DNA from: Balanoglossus misakiensis | Taxonomy: Eukaryota > Animalia > Hemichordata | Reading direction: 5' to 3' | Assembly (NCBI GenBank): GCA_040954595.2 | Contig: CM082579.2 | Coordinates: forward strand, 2,059,908 to 2,123,907 | Length of the DNA: 64,000 nt | Shown: positions 1 to 15,400 of the stretch, piece by piece | Numbering within the stretch: position 1 is the first letter of the stretch | How the letters are laid out: each line of letters starts with the position of its first letter | Position numbers and translations under genes: made by a program | The notes under the pieces: model-generated | What the model was told of the DNA's origin: nothing | The model's database searches: none | Seen by the model: only the letters and a program-made list of their open reading frames with translations

Positions 1-495
1 TTTTTTTCAGTAGCTGTTTCCAATTTTATCACTTTTGTGTTCCAATTCCTGATCACATGATAAAGAACAAAAAGCTCATTTACAGAGAGTTACACATCAG
101 CTTCTATTTAGCCTTTGGAAATTCCAATTTCCAGATTGTTTGAGGCATAGGAAATAAAAGAGCAGGGTTAGTATAATTGTGTTAGTTGTAAATACTAGAG
201 ACAGCATGACAGGTGTGTTTGTGATCATTAGGTCATGTACGAATTTTCCTCCTGTGAAGAGAACTGGATTTGTTTGTTGATAAAGTGTGCAATAAATGTG
301 AAATTAATTAGGCTCAATGAATTGTTATCAATATTTCAGAATCTCGATGTTTCAACCACTGGAGAATCAAGTTATTTCTTGCCATATGTATAAAAACCAA
401 CCTCCATACATGTGCATGTATTTCCCAATAATTACAATTTTCTTTTTTTTACAGAGATCAGTCGTAAATGTTCTGAGTAAGAGACGAGTGATTAC

Positions 496-3400
496 CTTTG
501 CAGATGGCTGAGTACCTTCTATAAGAGACTCAATCCTCTGTCGAGATGATTGCTTCATATCAGAGAATTCTTTCGGATTTGCGGATGTCGGCAAACTTCC
601 AAGCCTGGGCCTATTCCTGTATCGGCATTCCAAGCAATTCCTGATGGCACAGCAGCAGGCTGGAAGAAAGAGAGTACCACACTGTTATTTCTAGAGAAAC
701 TTAAAACTTAAAAAGCATATTCTTCACAGGGTTAATGACACCTGTAGATAATTCAGCCACTTTGCTCTGATAGAAGTATTGAAATTATTATTGGCAACGT
801 CTACAGATACTGCCTTATTAGCATTGTTGATCTAGCATATCCAAGAATCTCCGAGACTCTCACCTAATCTCAAACACTGTCTCAGTATCCCTCCCTGTGA
901 CATGCTCTTCTCGGCTTCCAATTCGGCAAAACTTTGATTACTGGCAAAGACCAGAACATCGACCAGATTCATAATGCGATGAATGAATGAAATGCCAACT
1001 TCTAGAGGCATCCCCTGAGTGGGCTCAATCACGTCAGGATCACTCTGTAAACAAAAAAACAACAACATGATAAACATCCCATGACAAATCAACAGACATG
1101 AAATCAATCACCGGTTTGGGAGCTGCCACTGAGCGCAACCACAAATATCATGTTTATTACTTACAGTTCTGGAAGTGGCTGATGACAGCAAAGGCAGGAT
1201 GCCACCACATGAGTAGATGAGGTTGTCCGAGATTTGTGAGACCATCTGAGTGACATTCTGTACAAAGATGATGTTTTCGCTGGAATTGACACAGTCGATC
1301 ACTGTCTTGGTATTTTGACTGAAACATGAAGAAATATTGGGGAAAAAGTGTTACCATTTGTATACCTCTCGGAAAACTATTAAACAAACTATAAAAGCAA
1401 CAAAAATGTTTCTGTTCTTAGCTTTTACCCCAAAATGGGATGATGTGAGTTTCAGTGTCAACCTACAACTATAAATATATGAAGTGGTAGTTACACCTTT
1501 ACTGGTCTTGAAAAAAATCGCTTTAGTTCCTTTACGGTATTTTTGTACAAAAAGACCGAAATACATGCAAGATGGAACATGGACCCTCAAGAACATACCT
1601 TCTCCAAACCTGAATATCGGTTTCTATGGCAAACAACAAATCAGACATCAATCTTTGGTGCATATGAGACCATCCAAACTCTGGTATCCTGTAGGGTACT
1701 CTGTGCGGTCCGGGACTGAAATGCTGCGTCTGATAGACTCCGGTTCTAGGCCTGGCACCCGGCTGCAAATACGCCCTCTGCAGATAGCTGTTGGCGGTCT
1801 GGGTTCCCTGCTCTGATCGGATACTCTGGGATGACATGGGACTCTGGGATCCTTCCGGACTCTGAGAGTACGAAGGACTGAGCGATGCGGCCTGACTTGG
1901 CGTCTGCGACGTGCTGGAACTTTGCGAAGCTGTGGCGCTCTCCACAGCACTGCTGGACTGCGACACGTTAGAGCTGCCGGTCGGACTGCTGACTTCAGTG
2001 ATGCTCTCACTCTGGGATGTTGACGTTGACTTTGTCGGTGTGGTTTCGTGGCTGCCGGTGTCCATGCTCTCCTGCGACAGAGACGCCTCGCTGTGATCTC
2101 CCTCAGTGGTGGCTGTAGCCCCGTCTTCTTTGCCGCTACTGCCAGTGGTAGTTTCGGTTTCGTTCCCTGTGCTGTCACCACTCAGAGCCTTGTCTGCTTC
2201 TTCCATCCTGTCCCCAGTACCGGCATCGTCTTTCACAGCACCATCATCGGCATGTGCCGTCTCCGTAGCATCCTGCTCCGCCTTTTCCTCTTTATCCTCA
2301 CCACTTTTGACTTCCTCTGTTTCACCCGCATCAGTCTTCCCAACACTCTCATCACCAGTCTTCTCTCCATCTGCTTCAACAGAGTGTTTTACATCTGCCT
2401 CGCCATCTGCAACGTCTTCTGTGACCTTAGGCCCATCACCAAGATCAACATCTCTCTCCTCACCCTGTTCCTGCTGTGGCGGTTCATCCTCTTTCGGTTC
2501 CACCTTCACTTCCTCAGTCTCCTCCAACTTTTCACCACTCTCCGTCACATCATCTTTCTTTTCACTGGCATCCTCCTTGTCGCTGACCATCTCAACATCT
2601 CCACTTGCTTCACCTTCACTCTCCGACTCCACCTTCTTCTTCGCCTCCACGTCTCCCTCTTCCTCCTTAGTAATCACTGCATCTTTTGTCTCCATGGCGT
2701 CGTTCTCAGCCTCTCTCTCTTTGATCACAGTGGGGCTCCTCTTGCTAGCGTCGTTCTGGAAGGCGTTGACCTTCTCCACCACCTGGTCGATCACGCTCTC
2801 CAGAAACTCCTTCACCTCCTCCTCCCTGGTCTTCGCCACCTCGGTTGCCACGGCCACAGATGCAGATCCAACGTCATATCCCTCAGGGTCGTTCCCCGGT
2901 TCATCTTCCACCATGACGCATTCCAAATCTCCTCCGGCCATCAATGCCAGCGTGCTGACCGAGGTGTCCTCGGACATGTCTTCGCTGACCTGCGCACTGA
3001 CCGCTGATGAGATGCTGTGAGCGGCGAACGGTGGTCTGCTGTTCTGCTGTTTCTGGTACTGTTCATAGATCTTGGCCAGTTGCACTTTGTGATCTTCAAA
3101 GGAGACCTGAGTAAGAAGCAAGATGAAAAAAGTTATATGCTGCACTGTGATCCATGATTTCTCTTAGACTGAATACAGAATAATGTGTAGACATTTCTTC
3201 ATCAGCAGTACAGTTATGTGGCTTATGTCTGGTGTCTACAACAAAACCATTTCTCACCTTAGAATGGATGATGGCTAGTGTATCCACCCAGACCCTCCAT
3301 CCTCCCCATTCGTACTTCATGGCATGATGCAAAAGCATTCTCAGCAAGGCATACACCATCTCTGTCACCTTCTTCTCATCGTTGTTCTTAGGATAGATGT

Positions 3401-6400
3401 ACGCCAGTCCCAACATCCAATCCTGCCACACTGAACACTGTAGCAAAATTCTAAGAAGACAAAAATATTGTTACTTTTGTATTGACATAAACCCAGTCTA
3501 TTGATCATAGAGGTCACTGACATGGTCGTTAAAATCATTCAGGTTATGCTCTTAATAATGAGTTTCATCAGTAAATTTAGTTACTCCAATTTTTATGGAA
3601 GATGAAAGACAGATATTCTTTTTGATATAACTCCCCCAAAAATCAGAACGTTTCAACAGTTACATATACTATCACAAGGAAGATACTGTGTCCCTTTAAA
3701 GCTTACCTTCTATTCTCTCGGCTGTGGTGGAAGAGGAGAATCATATCTGACAAAAACAGTTTCCTTACTTCCAGAGAAATCTGACTCTGAGATGACTGCC
3801 TGATGAGTTTGGCAATGACTTGGAACAACCCTACAAAATCAACGATAAGGATTTTGTTATTACTGCACAGCTTATGCCTGGAAAATTATCAACATTCTGG
3901 AAATAAACATTCAAGTTTCTTACCAGGATTCATGACTCTGTATGTCTTATCGATATCTGAATGTCTTCCTTGAATAATCTGGGTTGTAACTCTCTCTGTC
4001 AAAATCTGTAAGGAAAGATAATAGGAGTCTGAGACTGTCTCTTGAATGCATATTACTTATATTGGAAATTCAATGCTCAATGTTATACTTAAGCTGTGAT
4101 CAAATGAAACTGATTATACAAACTCACCTCAAATAGTGAACTGTAGGACATTACTGTCAGAACATTGTTGTTGAGTGACAGCCTCTCGCCAAGTAAGGAA
4201 TACAAACTGTGGCTGTACATGATGTCAAGTTTACGTCTGAAAAAAAATAAAATGTATACCAAAAATTAAAGTTTATCATCATTGAGTTGACATCCATCTT
4301 TGTTGGTTATGAACCAGGTTTGAATAAAGTTAAAAAAACTTATGTCATAGGGGGTAAGTAATGTAAGTATATAATATGCAAAATCAAACACATCATGATA
4401 AAATTCAAACAAAATTACTTACTTGTGAGGCATCTTTCCCAGGAAGAATGCCAGTGTCTTCATTGCCATAACTCGGATTATTTCATCTTTGGATGCCAAC
4501 AGTTTGTAAATCACTCTATAAACACAAGAAAATTCATGTGTTACCATGGTTATAGGTTGTATTTAGCCGCACTTGTTGATACATTCTATATACTGGCATT
4601 TCGTTCGTCCATAAGTTGTGTGCGTCATACCAGTATTCAGAAAATAGGGGTGAATTAAAGTTGACTATCAAACTGACCTGATGCCATTTTTCTTGTCAAA
4701 TGCAGGCACCATTGTGTTTCCATGTTCAGCCATCAGTGACAATAACATTTGAATCACATCTCTCAGGTTTTCGTCCTGTGATGAAATAACAGCAAAAGTT
4801 ATGACAATATCTGTAAAACCCTTGTTGTTTCTTTTAGCAATAGCAAAAGATTTCTGTTCCAGTGAGATTACAGACAAAAGTGTAATACCTCATGTATAGT
4901 GACAAGATAATTCAACAGACTCTGCAACTCTTCATCATTGGTGTTTCTATCTTTCAATATCAGTTGTTTCACCATCAATAATAGCAGTGCACGTAGTTGT
5001 CGTAGTTCCTCTCGGCTGGGACGTGTTCCTTCTGTAAATATAGATGGTGAATTTTTATGTCGTGTTATTCTATGGTGCAGAAGGACTCTCAACTAGGTTT
5101 TATACATTCTTGAAATACACATTGAGACATCTCAAATTTACTAATATCAGAAATTACAAACTCAGGACTGACTCAAACAGAAAAAAAAAACAGATTCCCT
5201 TGGAAAACAAGACGGTGACTGCCCTAATTTCCTTTTTTAATCTTCAAAATAATTTCACGCAGCTTTGGTAAAGCAAATAACCAAAAGATTTCATTACTCA
5301 GACAAAAAATCCTCAGGGAATAGTCTGCACGAGAAGATCTGAACATGAGACTTAATTCATTAGAAAATGCCATAATCCCCAGTAGTCAGGATTTTATATG
5401 ATGTAAGAAATTAGTCTCTAATCTCTTTGAAGAGATCTTGAGATCTTTACTAAGGAATCAATTTGATTAAATGCAACTTTGAAGATGACTATTTAATAAA
5501 AAAAAATCGGTTTTGAATCTCTTTGGATTAATCTTGATACATTGTATTTATAATATGATGTTCATTTGATGAGAAGCAAATCTGAAGAAGACTATTTCTA
5601 GACAGTGATACTTGAGAAGATAGAGAGAGAAAAGATTTAACGAATGAGCTTACCAAGTCCTTTGGGTGTGATGCCCGATCTGTCTTCAGGGTTGACAATC
5701 CAATAGTAATACTTCAATGCATGCATCAGCTGTAGTACTGTGCTTACTCGACGGATGTTAGTGAAGATGGCTGTCTGGCTGATGAACTCTGTGGCTAAGT
5801 ATGTGTACAAGGCCATCTGCACCTATGGTAATAGAATTAGTATGGACAATAAATGGGTTTGTTTCAAACTATCTATATATGTTTTCAAATTGGAGAATAT
5901 GATCATGACTCCTCTTGCTCATCTTGTTCACCATCACCACTACCACCATCATCATCATCATCATCATCATGAATGCTACAACCACCACACAACCACACTT
6001 ATTATCCGCATAGCCACTTTCTCTTATAAGACACATTTCCCTTACCCTGGCTGGTGTGTAGATCCACAGTGTTGGGTTGAAGAGAATGTAATCCACTAAA
6101 TTCTTCAGCAAAGTCATCCCTGTGGGCAGTTTGTTCAGATACTTGGCTAACGTCAACAATGACTCCAATACTTGTTCTGTGATGTGATTGGTTGATGACT
6201 ATGTGAAATAAAAAGAAAATATTAGACATACCTACACCAAAAAACTGAATCTGTGTAGTGTAATTTGTCAGACGATACAGAACAGATATTGCAGTGATAA
6301 CAAGGAGATACTGTCAGAGTAGCGAATACTGTTAGCATGGAAGATAAACAATAAGTGTGGTTTGGTGACTAAGACTTACCTTCTGCAACAGATATCCTAG

Positions 6401-9400
6401 AATCAGAAATCCTTTCACTTGAATCATCTGTTGTTGAGTTGTGACTGAGCTTCCCAGTAGATCACACAGCAGAGCTAGTAGAGTTGAACTGAAAAATCCA
6501 AAAGTGATTAAAATCAAATGAAATCTTTACTGAACAGGAATTGACATACACATTTCAGCTTAGATCAATACCTTCTGAGGGTTGATATATAAATCCCCAG
6601 CAGTATGCTTATTTCTACAGAGTTGTTTGCAGTTGTTAAGTTTTTATTTTTATATTTATTTTCTGAGTTAAATTTTGCTTGGAAAAAATAGAATATGGTC
6701 AGTGGAGAAGCTTCATAAATCTGACCAACTATTCAATGGCACTCTGGCATAAGCAGATGAAATGCAGATATATCTTAGGAATATACAGCTATAAGTCAAA
6801 TATTCATGACGAGTGAAACGGCCACATGTTGGAGGATGTCAACTTGTTAACAGATAGTCTGCCCTCTACGGCAAAAGGTTATAATAACAAGAAAATTGTT
6901 CCGTGTTACTAGACAACCGACAGAGACTGATAGAAACTGCAGGAGATATCAATACTATTTTCTTTCTTTCAATCTGATTCATGAGCAACAATCTCTGACT
7001 CTATCAAAGGGCAAACTGCTTACATGCATGGCCTTTACCCAGACACAACCATATCAGATATTTGCCCTTGGCACTTGCTTGATCTGCCGTAAATATTTCC
7101 AGTTTCTTGGCCTCCAGAGTGCCAAAATCCATCAATATTCTAACATTATTTCGACTAAAAGTGAAAATTTATTTTCATAGTGTTTCTAAACGACATCGGC
7201 AATATTGTGTTCTGCTTTCGTCTTGCTTGTAGGCTTGACATAAACAGCGTAACTATGTCAGGATTTATAGTGAGGAAATATAATTCACTGTGTTAAAATC
7301 TTTTATGGGGTGAGGGCAGTCTTGAAGCGGTCTACAACTCAGTTTTCCAGAATTGAATAAATGATGGTTAGTGGTGTTGTGATGATGCCCAATGGGCAAT
7401 AGAACTGCACACAAGTGGCAAAGAGATATATCAAACACATGATATCCACTTTTCCCTTCTAATTTCATCTCACGTCTTTCACAAGAGCTGGGTAATGTGT
7501 GAGGTATATAGTCTACTGAACTAAACTCTCATATAAAGTGCTCGCTACATATACCTATTGTGGAAATATTGATTAAAAAAAACACATGAAAAACTGACCA
7601 GATGCTGTAATCGACTTCTCCTTCGCCTTCCCGGTTTTGTTGGTTGTAATCCAACTGAGTAAATAGCGGGAAGAGCACTTGGATCCCACCTATGGAATGC
7701 AGTGCGCTGTGGATGGAATGGGTGACGATAGCCTTCACATCCTGCAGTGAGACACAGAGAATAATGGTCAAAAACATTGATGCTTTCAGATAACTGGTGC
7801 CTGCAAAGTTTGAAAGTTCAGTCACATAGGTATTTGCAAACACATTGAAAAAAATTTCATTGCTGTGAGCTTCATTTCTGTCACACACAGAGCTGGGGGT
7901 GTACAGTTGATTGTAAACAAAACTCCCTTTTCGCCCACTTGTTTGGTTTCTCAATGCTTGGACTACACACAGTGTTTCTTCATAACACTGCAATCTTGTC
8001 TGCGAATTGTAAGACTTCTCCTTCCTGCCAGTACCGTCTGATATTTATCTTTAAATGTCATCTCACCTGTAACATGAGGGCGTGCGGAGAGTGTACAAAG
8101 TACGACTGGTTTCCCTTGGGCGATGATTCTAGACACAGCTGGGCGTCTGAAGCGATGGGGTTGTATGTAAATACCATGCTGTTTGCCAGTTTGCCATCGT
8201 AAAGCATCTTCTTGCACTGGTCTGACAGAAGCAAGTCACTCTCGGAATCAAACTTGAATAAACTCTGCAAAATTGGAGATGAAGATGTCTTTGAAGTTAT
8301 GTGAGCAGTCAGGATTAGGAAGAGGCTTTACTGATTCACTCTGAAACCACATCCTGATTTACTGAGCTCCAGATCATCTTTTGCCTTCCCAGTATTTTGG
8401 CATATGTCACGAGGAGAAAGTAATATTAAGTCTAAATATTTCCCCAAGCTACATCTTTCCAAGAAGAGATGAATGTATAGAGGTCTATCAAACCTCCATC
8501 TCTTCAATTTAATACATTTCACATTATTGAATTCAAGCTCAATGTAACTGCAAGTTGAAATTCAGTAACTTTTCGCTCTCCAGTGTCAATCAGAGTTGCA
8601 TCATCAACATCTTGAGACACTTGTCATTGAACCGGATGCACTGATTTCTCAAGTGTTTACAAAAGACGATGTCATGTTCTAGCCACTTTGCTGGATGACC
8701 GCCCACTGGAAACAAAAATCAGCCCACTTATCAGGGGCTCTGATCACGTTGCCTGGAGACCACTTTCGTATCTTTCATCGCAGCAATTCTGTATCGTGAT
8801 GAAATCAAGGTGATTGTTTTCACAGATTCTGTTTTCTGTCTTGAAGTACTTTCCGACTCACCTTGTAGTTGGGGCCTAGTGTGTGGATTGCTTCAATCTG
8901 ATGAGGAGTGAGGGCATCACTGAATAAATAAACAGCCGCTATCTGGCCGCAGAATACTCTCTCTTTGTCTGCAGTCGGTGCTGAGCCCAGGAAACACTTG
9001 TCATATGGCTGGAAGGAGAGATAATGATGACATTTACAATTTGAACCTAAAGCAACAATTCCCATGATTGTACACCTAGGGACATTAACAGGTGCCAAGT
9101 GATAGAATCTGTATACACATACACCGATGGAATAGTAGTGTTCAGTAGTGATGAAGGAAACTTTTCCTTAAAAAATTGACAGGAAATGCCATACTTACAT
9201 CACTTGTGTTGACAAACCATGCCATGTCTGCATAGGAAACTAACTTGCCATTGACGTAACACCGGATCTCACTGCTCCTCCAACGACTGTACACGTGAAC
9301 AATCGTCACCATGTACCACTGCACAGAAAAATACACAAAGACATAATTATGAGTGCGAATCCAACAAAAAAGCTGGCTTGCTAACAAGCGATGTTGATTT

Positions 9401-12400
9401 CATGATTCTTTTATAGTTTGAATGTGAAATCAGAAGGTGAACTCGTCTGATTTTACATTCATTTAAAAACTCATTATGCTATAAAGCAACTATTGAGATT
9501 TCTATTGCTATCCCAGCCTCCTTTTTGAATCTATAATTCCAACTGTGTGCATTCCCATCATCTTCTCTGTCTCATGACATCATAAGAGAATCCACTGGCG
9601 ATTTCACTCACCTTCCTTGGTTGGAAGTCAAACTTGATACAGTGCTGAAATCCTTTGTTTTTGCTCTTCATGGCCGTGACCACCAAACATGAACCCATGA
9701 AATGTGCCGAGTAGCCCACTCCTTTGCTGGTACGGAAACTAGAAAACAAAATGCATACAACTTGTCAACAAAAACATGTACACATACTTCAGTTGAGCAA
9801 TTCTATACTCTTCATTTTTATTTTGTTAGCACAGGAAACTAATAATTCAAATTGGATAAAAAACAGACGGTTCAAACAATATAAAACATCTTCTGTGATC
9901 ATATACAATTTTCAACCACCTGTTGATTTAAGCCTGTACCAATGTCATCACAAAGCAAGCTTTGGTACTGAGTTGCTAGTGCCCTTTGCAAGAAGTTCTT
10001 CCAGAAACCTACACCCTGAAGCATAAAATGTTTTGCAGTACTTACCAATACAGATATGGCTTGACTCTGTCAATGTTAATGCTATTGATTGGATCCAATC
10101 TGAACCATGTTGAAAAAGTGAATCCACTTTGGTACGGCCACTTTGCAATGGGTGGTAGAGCGACAGCCTGAAATCAACAAAATAAAAATTGTGAAATGCA
10201 TACATAACATTGAAAAAGTTCTTTCAGAATGGATTCTCTTCAAAATACACACTCAAAGTCCCAAAACAAACACACTTGTGGATATACACAGACCAATCAC
10301 GGATGTTTTCTATGAGGAGTTGAAAATACATAAGAATCTTGGTATAGAAGCAAATTAGCAATGAAAGAAAAAAGTTATTTCATTGAAGGCTAGCCACAAG
10401 CACAGACAGCAATGGCAACACTGCAAGTAACCACTCCTACAATCTGAATTATCTCCCAAGTGATAAGCAAAATCTTTCCGCTGTGTTGGAGTACTTACAG
10501 CTCCATTTTTGCCGGGAAAACTGAAGAATGCATCAGAACCGTGTCTCAGCGGCATTTGACGTAATATCTGTAACAACTTGGATGCATGTCTTGGCTGGAT
10601 GAGGCAAAAGAAAATAACAAATTATTGAAATCACAAAAATGGTTATCGTAATTTTCCATGACAGTACAAAATGCTTTGAAACACTTTTTGATTAAGTACA
10701 ATTAAATACAACGTTTATCCAGCATATTGTCTCAATTTGAAATGATCACTGAAGTCTTGCAAGCCAGATCTTCTTTTCGGACATAACTATATGGGCTCAG
10801 CTTTGAAGTCTCTCGCAAATGCTGATGGATTGAAGAAACACTTACCCATTTTCCGGTGTCTCCTTTCAAGCGACTGAAGAAGAGTTTGAGCTCCTTCACT
10901 GTAATACTGTAACTCGCCAACACGCCCAACATGTCAATCAGCAATTCTGTTGATGGCAAATGGAAAATCCATGATTTCTTTATTTCCATACCAATACTAC
11001 CCACAAGTCTTACACATTTTGTTGTGTTTTGTGTTGTATTGTGTTGTTTTGTGTTGTTGTTTTTTGGCTTTGCTTTGTTTTGTTCAGTTTTACCCATTCC
11101 AAGTATGAACTCTTCACTAAAAATGCTACAAGCAATCATTAATTTCAGAGACTGTCACTTCCCAACCTCACCAAAAAACAGTAGGATTCTACCATGACAT
11201 AACAGTGTTAAACTGAAAGAAAGTCATTCAGGAACTTCAGCTTGTAGTGGATCCAATCTAAAAATTGAAAACCAGGTCATGTTTTGCTGGGCAAAGCTGA
11301 GCATTTGCACCAAAGAGACACACATATATTCTTGTTATTTCAGATGCATCTGAGCAGTGCTAGGAGTATGTCTGTGCTACATTACGTGACTTGACTTACC
11401 ACAAATGATATCATCAGCATCTGGCAACTTTTTCAAAGTGTACTCTATCAAACCAACCTCTGTGCATGCTTGTAAGTTGATAATACTCTTCCTGATGATG
11501 GCGATAAACATACTCCATATCTCAGCCTTAAAGATTAAGCAAAATGTGACATGAAAGAGAATGAAATGATGATTACTTTGTATTTCAACATCTTAATCGC
11601 ATGTAAATCTGACACTTTGTCCAAAGATGAACAAAATATTGCACCCAATAAGTTAAATTTAGGATACATCTTTTCCTTCTCATTTTTCATAATTTATTAG
11701 CTGTTTGCAAACATTATTACAAATACAAATGCAGACTACAAAATGGCAAGTGTTCAGACACTTACAAGGTTTCAATGCAATCTTGTAAATGCCTGGGGAA
11801 TTTCTCAACCCAATGAATTTTTTATTGTTTCCATAGTAACCAGGAAAAGCTAAAGCAATACTCAGAAAGACATAAATGAAGGGAAAAATTGCATTCATAA
11901 TTCAGCAGGCAAATATGGCACTTTGTTCATGATGTCATTATGTGGAAGTGTCCCATTTTTCAAAATCCTCCCTTACATGTACATGTATTCGAGCCAATAA
12001 TGATACCAAGGCAGGTTAAAACATAACAGCATAAATATGGCCCCAGTCTTTACCAGGAGGCTCTCTTCCTGAAACAACGAGTGAATGACCAGAGTGCTAC
12101 ACTCAGAGAGTGATTTTACTTTTCAAACTTGCACCTTACAATTTGTCTTAGTTTGTATAATTGATGACTTACTACAAGCTAATCGACAGAGCACAATTTA
12201 CTCTCCATTATAGCTGGCATTGCAAATGAAAACCTAGATTAGCACGGAATTGAATTTTCAAACCATCCCTCACAGACAGAATTGGCAATAGCTTAAAGGG
12301 GAACATTTGTATTGTTCTTGTTTCTTTCTAGATTATTCATGTTGTTCTGAAATCCTGGGTTTTGTTGGAGATCAGTTTACAATGTACATATAACACTAAC

Positions 12401-15400
12401 AAGTCCTTTGGCCCAAGACATAAGAATTCCCTGCAAAGTACTAGCCTAAGTCTATCACTAGTGTGATTGAAAGTAAATTTCGACGATAAAAGCGTTTTAC
12501 GTCCGCGATACAACAGTAACGTGTTCGACAAGCAATTCGTGTCATCACGGCTGCTCACGTGTCTTTGTCGGAAGACTCTGTCACATACACAGACATGCAC
12601 TAAGACACACTATCACACCTGTGGTTCAATTATCCTACAGATAACCACAGCATGTCCTTCCCAACATGCATCAAATGCACTCAGGTAAAAAAACACCACT
12701 CCAAAGAAACTGCTTTCAATTGGAAATTGAACACGTCTGGGAAAGCTGGCTCATGCTCTTCAGCGCTGCCATGGCAACCAACCTCTCATTTCAATGCCAG
12801 CTATAATTCAAGAGAGGCAGGCAGAATTAAGAAAGCTTTTGAGGGACAAGAAATCCAAGAGGGAACGATATTCACTGAGTTGTTTAGTATTATTGAGGAA
12901 ACTGAATAGAACAGCAGAAACAAACTCAAAAGACAATTTATCCAGAATTACAGATCAAGGTCATCAACCGGATATGAATGAAAAGAAAAATCTAAGTTAC
13001 ATTTATTGGAGTTGCTTACGTATTTCAATCAATTTCATCAAGCAAAACATTGGACATACCAAACTGGCAAATGATACAGCCCTGAATTCTATGATCAATC
13101 GTATCACCCCTCCCCCAAGGAAAACATGGCAGAGCCAAAATTCTAACAGTGCAGTCAGAAATCCACCTCCTTCCAGATAAATGCGAATGCATCTCCGAAC
13201 ATTTTAATTAAATTGCCAAGGTAAAGATGCTTCATTACAGACAATATCAGCCAGAATCATAACTCCATCCAACAAAACCAGCTTTCACTGAGTGATGCCG
13301 CTATTATTTGCTTGTCAAACTCAAATGAACAATCAGAAAGCAGTCAAACCCCTTGACAGAACATTTCCAATAACCTTAATACTGACATAGAGTCGATTAG
13401 AGTGAGATTTAGTGACTCACAATCACTTTCAAGGTCATAGTGCTCCTAATAGACTTAGCAATACATGACATGTACATTCATCTTTTTTGAACTTGTCTTT
13501 GAATTCTTTTATGAGACTTGCCCTGATACAAAATGTAAGCCACCTTTTGAAGCAATACACTTTAGTGCACGCACGAGTATTTATAACTACATGTAAACTA
13601 CACTTAATCTGTACATAATTGGTAAAACTGTCTTTTTTTTTGTTTCCCTTAGAATTGTCTTCGCATATTAATGTAGCTTTTCTGGATAATAAAATGAGAG
13701 ACTTACCTGAAGAGTGACTGTGCAGTGATCAAGTAGTTCCAGCATAAATGTTACATTTTCTGGTTCGTCAACAATAAAGTTAACTTCCATGTCAAACTCA
13801 CCGCCAACCAGCTGAAAAAATAAAGATAGTTTTGTTAAAGAAATATGAAGTTGACACATTGTGCATTCCTTCGGTCAATGCTATATGGGCCTTTAATATT
13901 GTATTGAGGACAGGGTACAGTATTATCAACATAACATTTTTCAGGATCACGACTGATTTCAAGTATTACTAAGTTACATGTATGTCATTTTCAATTTCAT
14001 CAATTTCTTCAAATTTGTGGACTAAAGGCGTGGGTCTGAATACATGTAGTTTATAAACTCCTCTGAGAGATGATATCACATGAGACAGTATCTGAATAAT
14101 TCACACATTTCCACATCACAGTGTGCATCAGTTACTTGTCAAAGTAATTCAGAATATGAACAGTTCAGAACTTTTATTAGGAAAAATTTTAATCTGAGAG
14201 AACGCAATGAAATGCGTGGTGACTGTCATGAAAATCTCTGCACAGCACATGGTTCAATAAACGCTAACCACCTCGCTTTAGCATCGATCTCTGATATCTT
14301 GGGAGATGTTTATTGGTTGGGTTCACCAAGCCGACGCCAAACGATTGAGTCTGATCGAGACGGACATTAAAGAGCATTCATTGGCTGCAACTGACGCTAG
14401 CATCAGATTACCAATTTCAATTCACAAGCTGAAAATTGACTCCTGTTGTCGAGTTAAGCCCCAGTACTTACAGATGTAAATTCAAATGCTGTGCAGTTTA
14501 CGACTGTCACTAGATATTTTCATTTTTACTGCAATCAATTTTCACGTTCTTATATGAAAGTAATTGCACTATCATTTTTTTCTGCACTGTGATTTTAAGC
14601 AGTACAAGAAGAGGACTTTATTGACAAGAAAAGTCTATGTGAAATGTGATAAAAAGCATTGTCATGGTGTACTTATGCATAAAATGACTCAGTTCTCAAG
14701 GACGAGGACCTGTTTTAAAGGTATATCTATGTTATAATGCTGCCCTCTCGAGGTGAACATTAAAATCATGTTTACTATGCATCGTCATGGTAAAGGTCAA
14801 CTCAATCGCTACATAATGAATGGTTCAGGCGTAGTTCAGATATTGCTTATTTGGTAATCAAATACTTCAATTTAATATACATGTACAATTCATGAACTGT
14901 AGTGCTTTGAGGGCCACAAGAATGACGCACGTCATACACATCAATACAATAGCTTTCTGATTGCTGAATCTCAAGGATGTGGCAATTAAATATGCATACA
15001 TGTATGAATAGCTAGGTCAGCATGGTAACAGTGATTTATTCAGAATGATACACTAATTTAAATTTGGGGATAAAATCCTGGTTTACTGAGATATTTTTGG
15101 TAAAATTCAGCGCTTATATCTAGGCCAGAGGCTGGAATATACATGTACATGTATTCACACCCAATAAAACTTCAACTGTTCCATTTATTCTCGCAGGACA
15201 ATTGGCTGTCTCAGAAAAACACTCACTGGAATTAAATTCAGATGAAAATGTTCATAACTTGTGAATGAAAGGCTGGTTTAGTAACACAGAACTAATTTCT
15301 TATAATCTGATTTGCACTCACAATCAGCATTTATGCAAAAGATTTAGCCATGAATGTACATGTAGATACATTTTGTAGTGTAACTGTTAGGCCCAGTGTT

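Noticed and set aside
2048-3020. Long plus-strand ORFs (319 aa and 304 aa)
   Set aside because: Antisense shadows of the low-complexity NBEA exon 1599-3106; no independent motifs.
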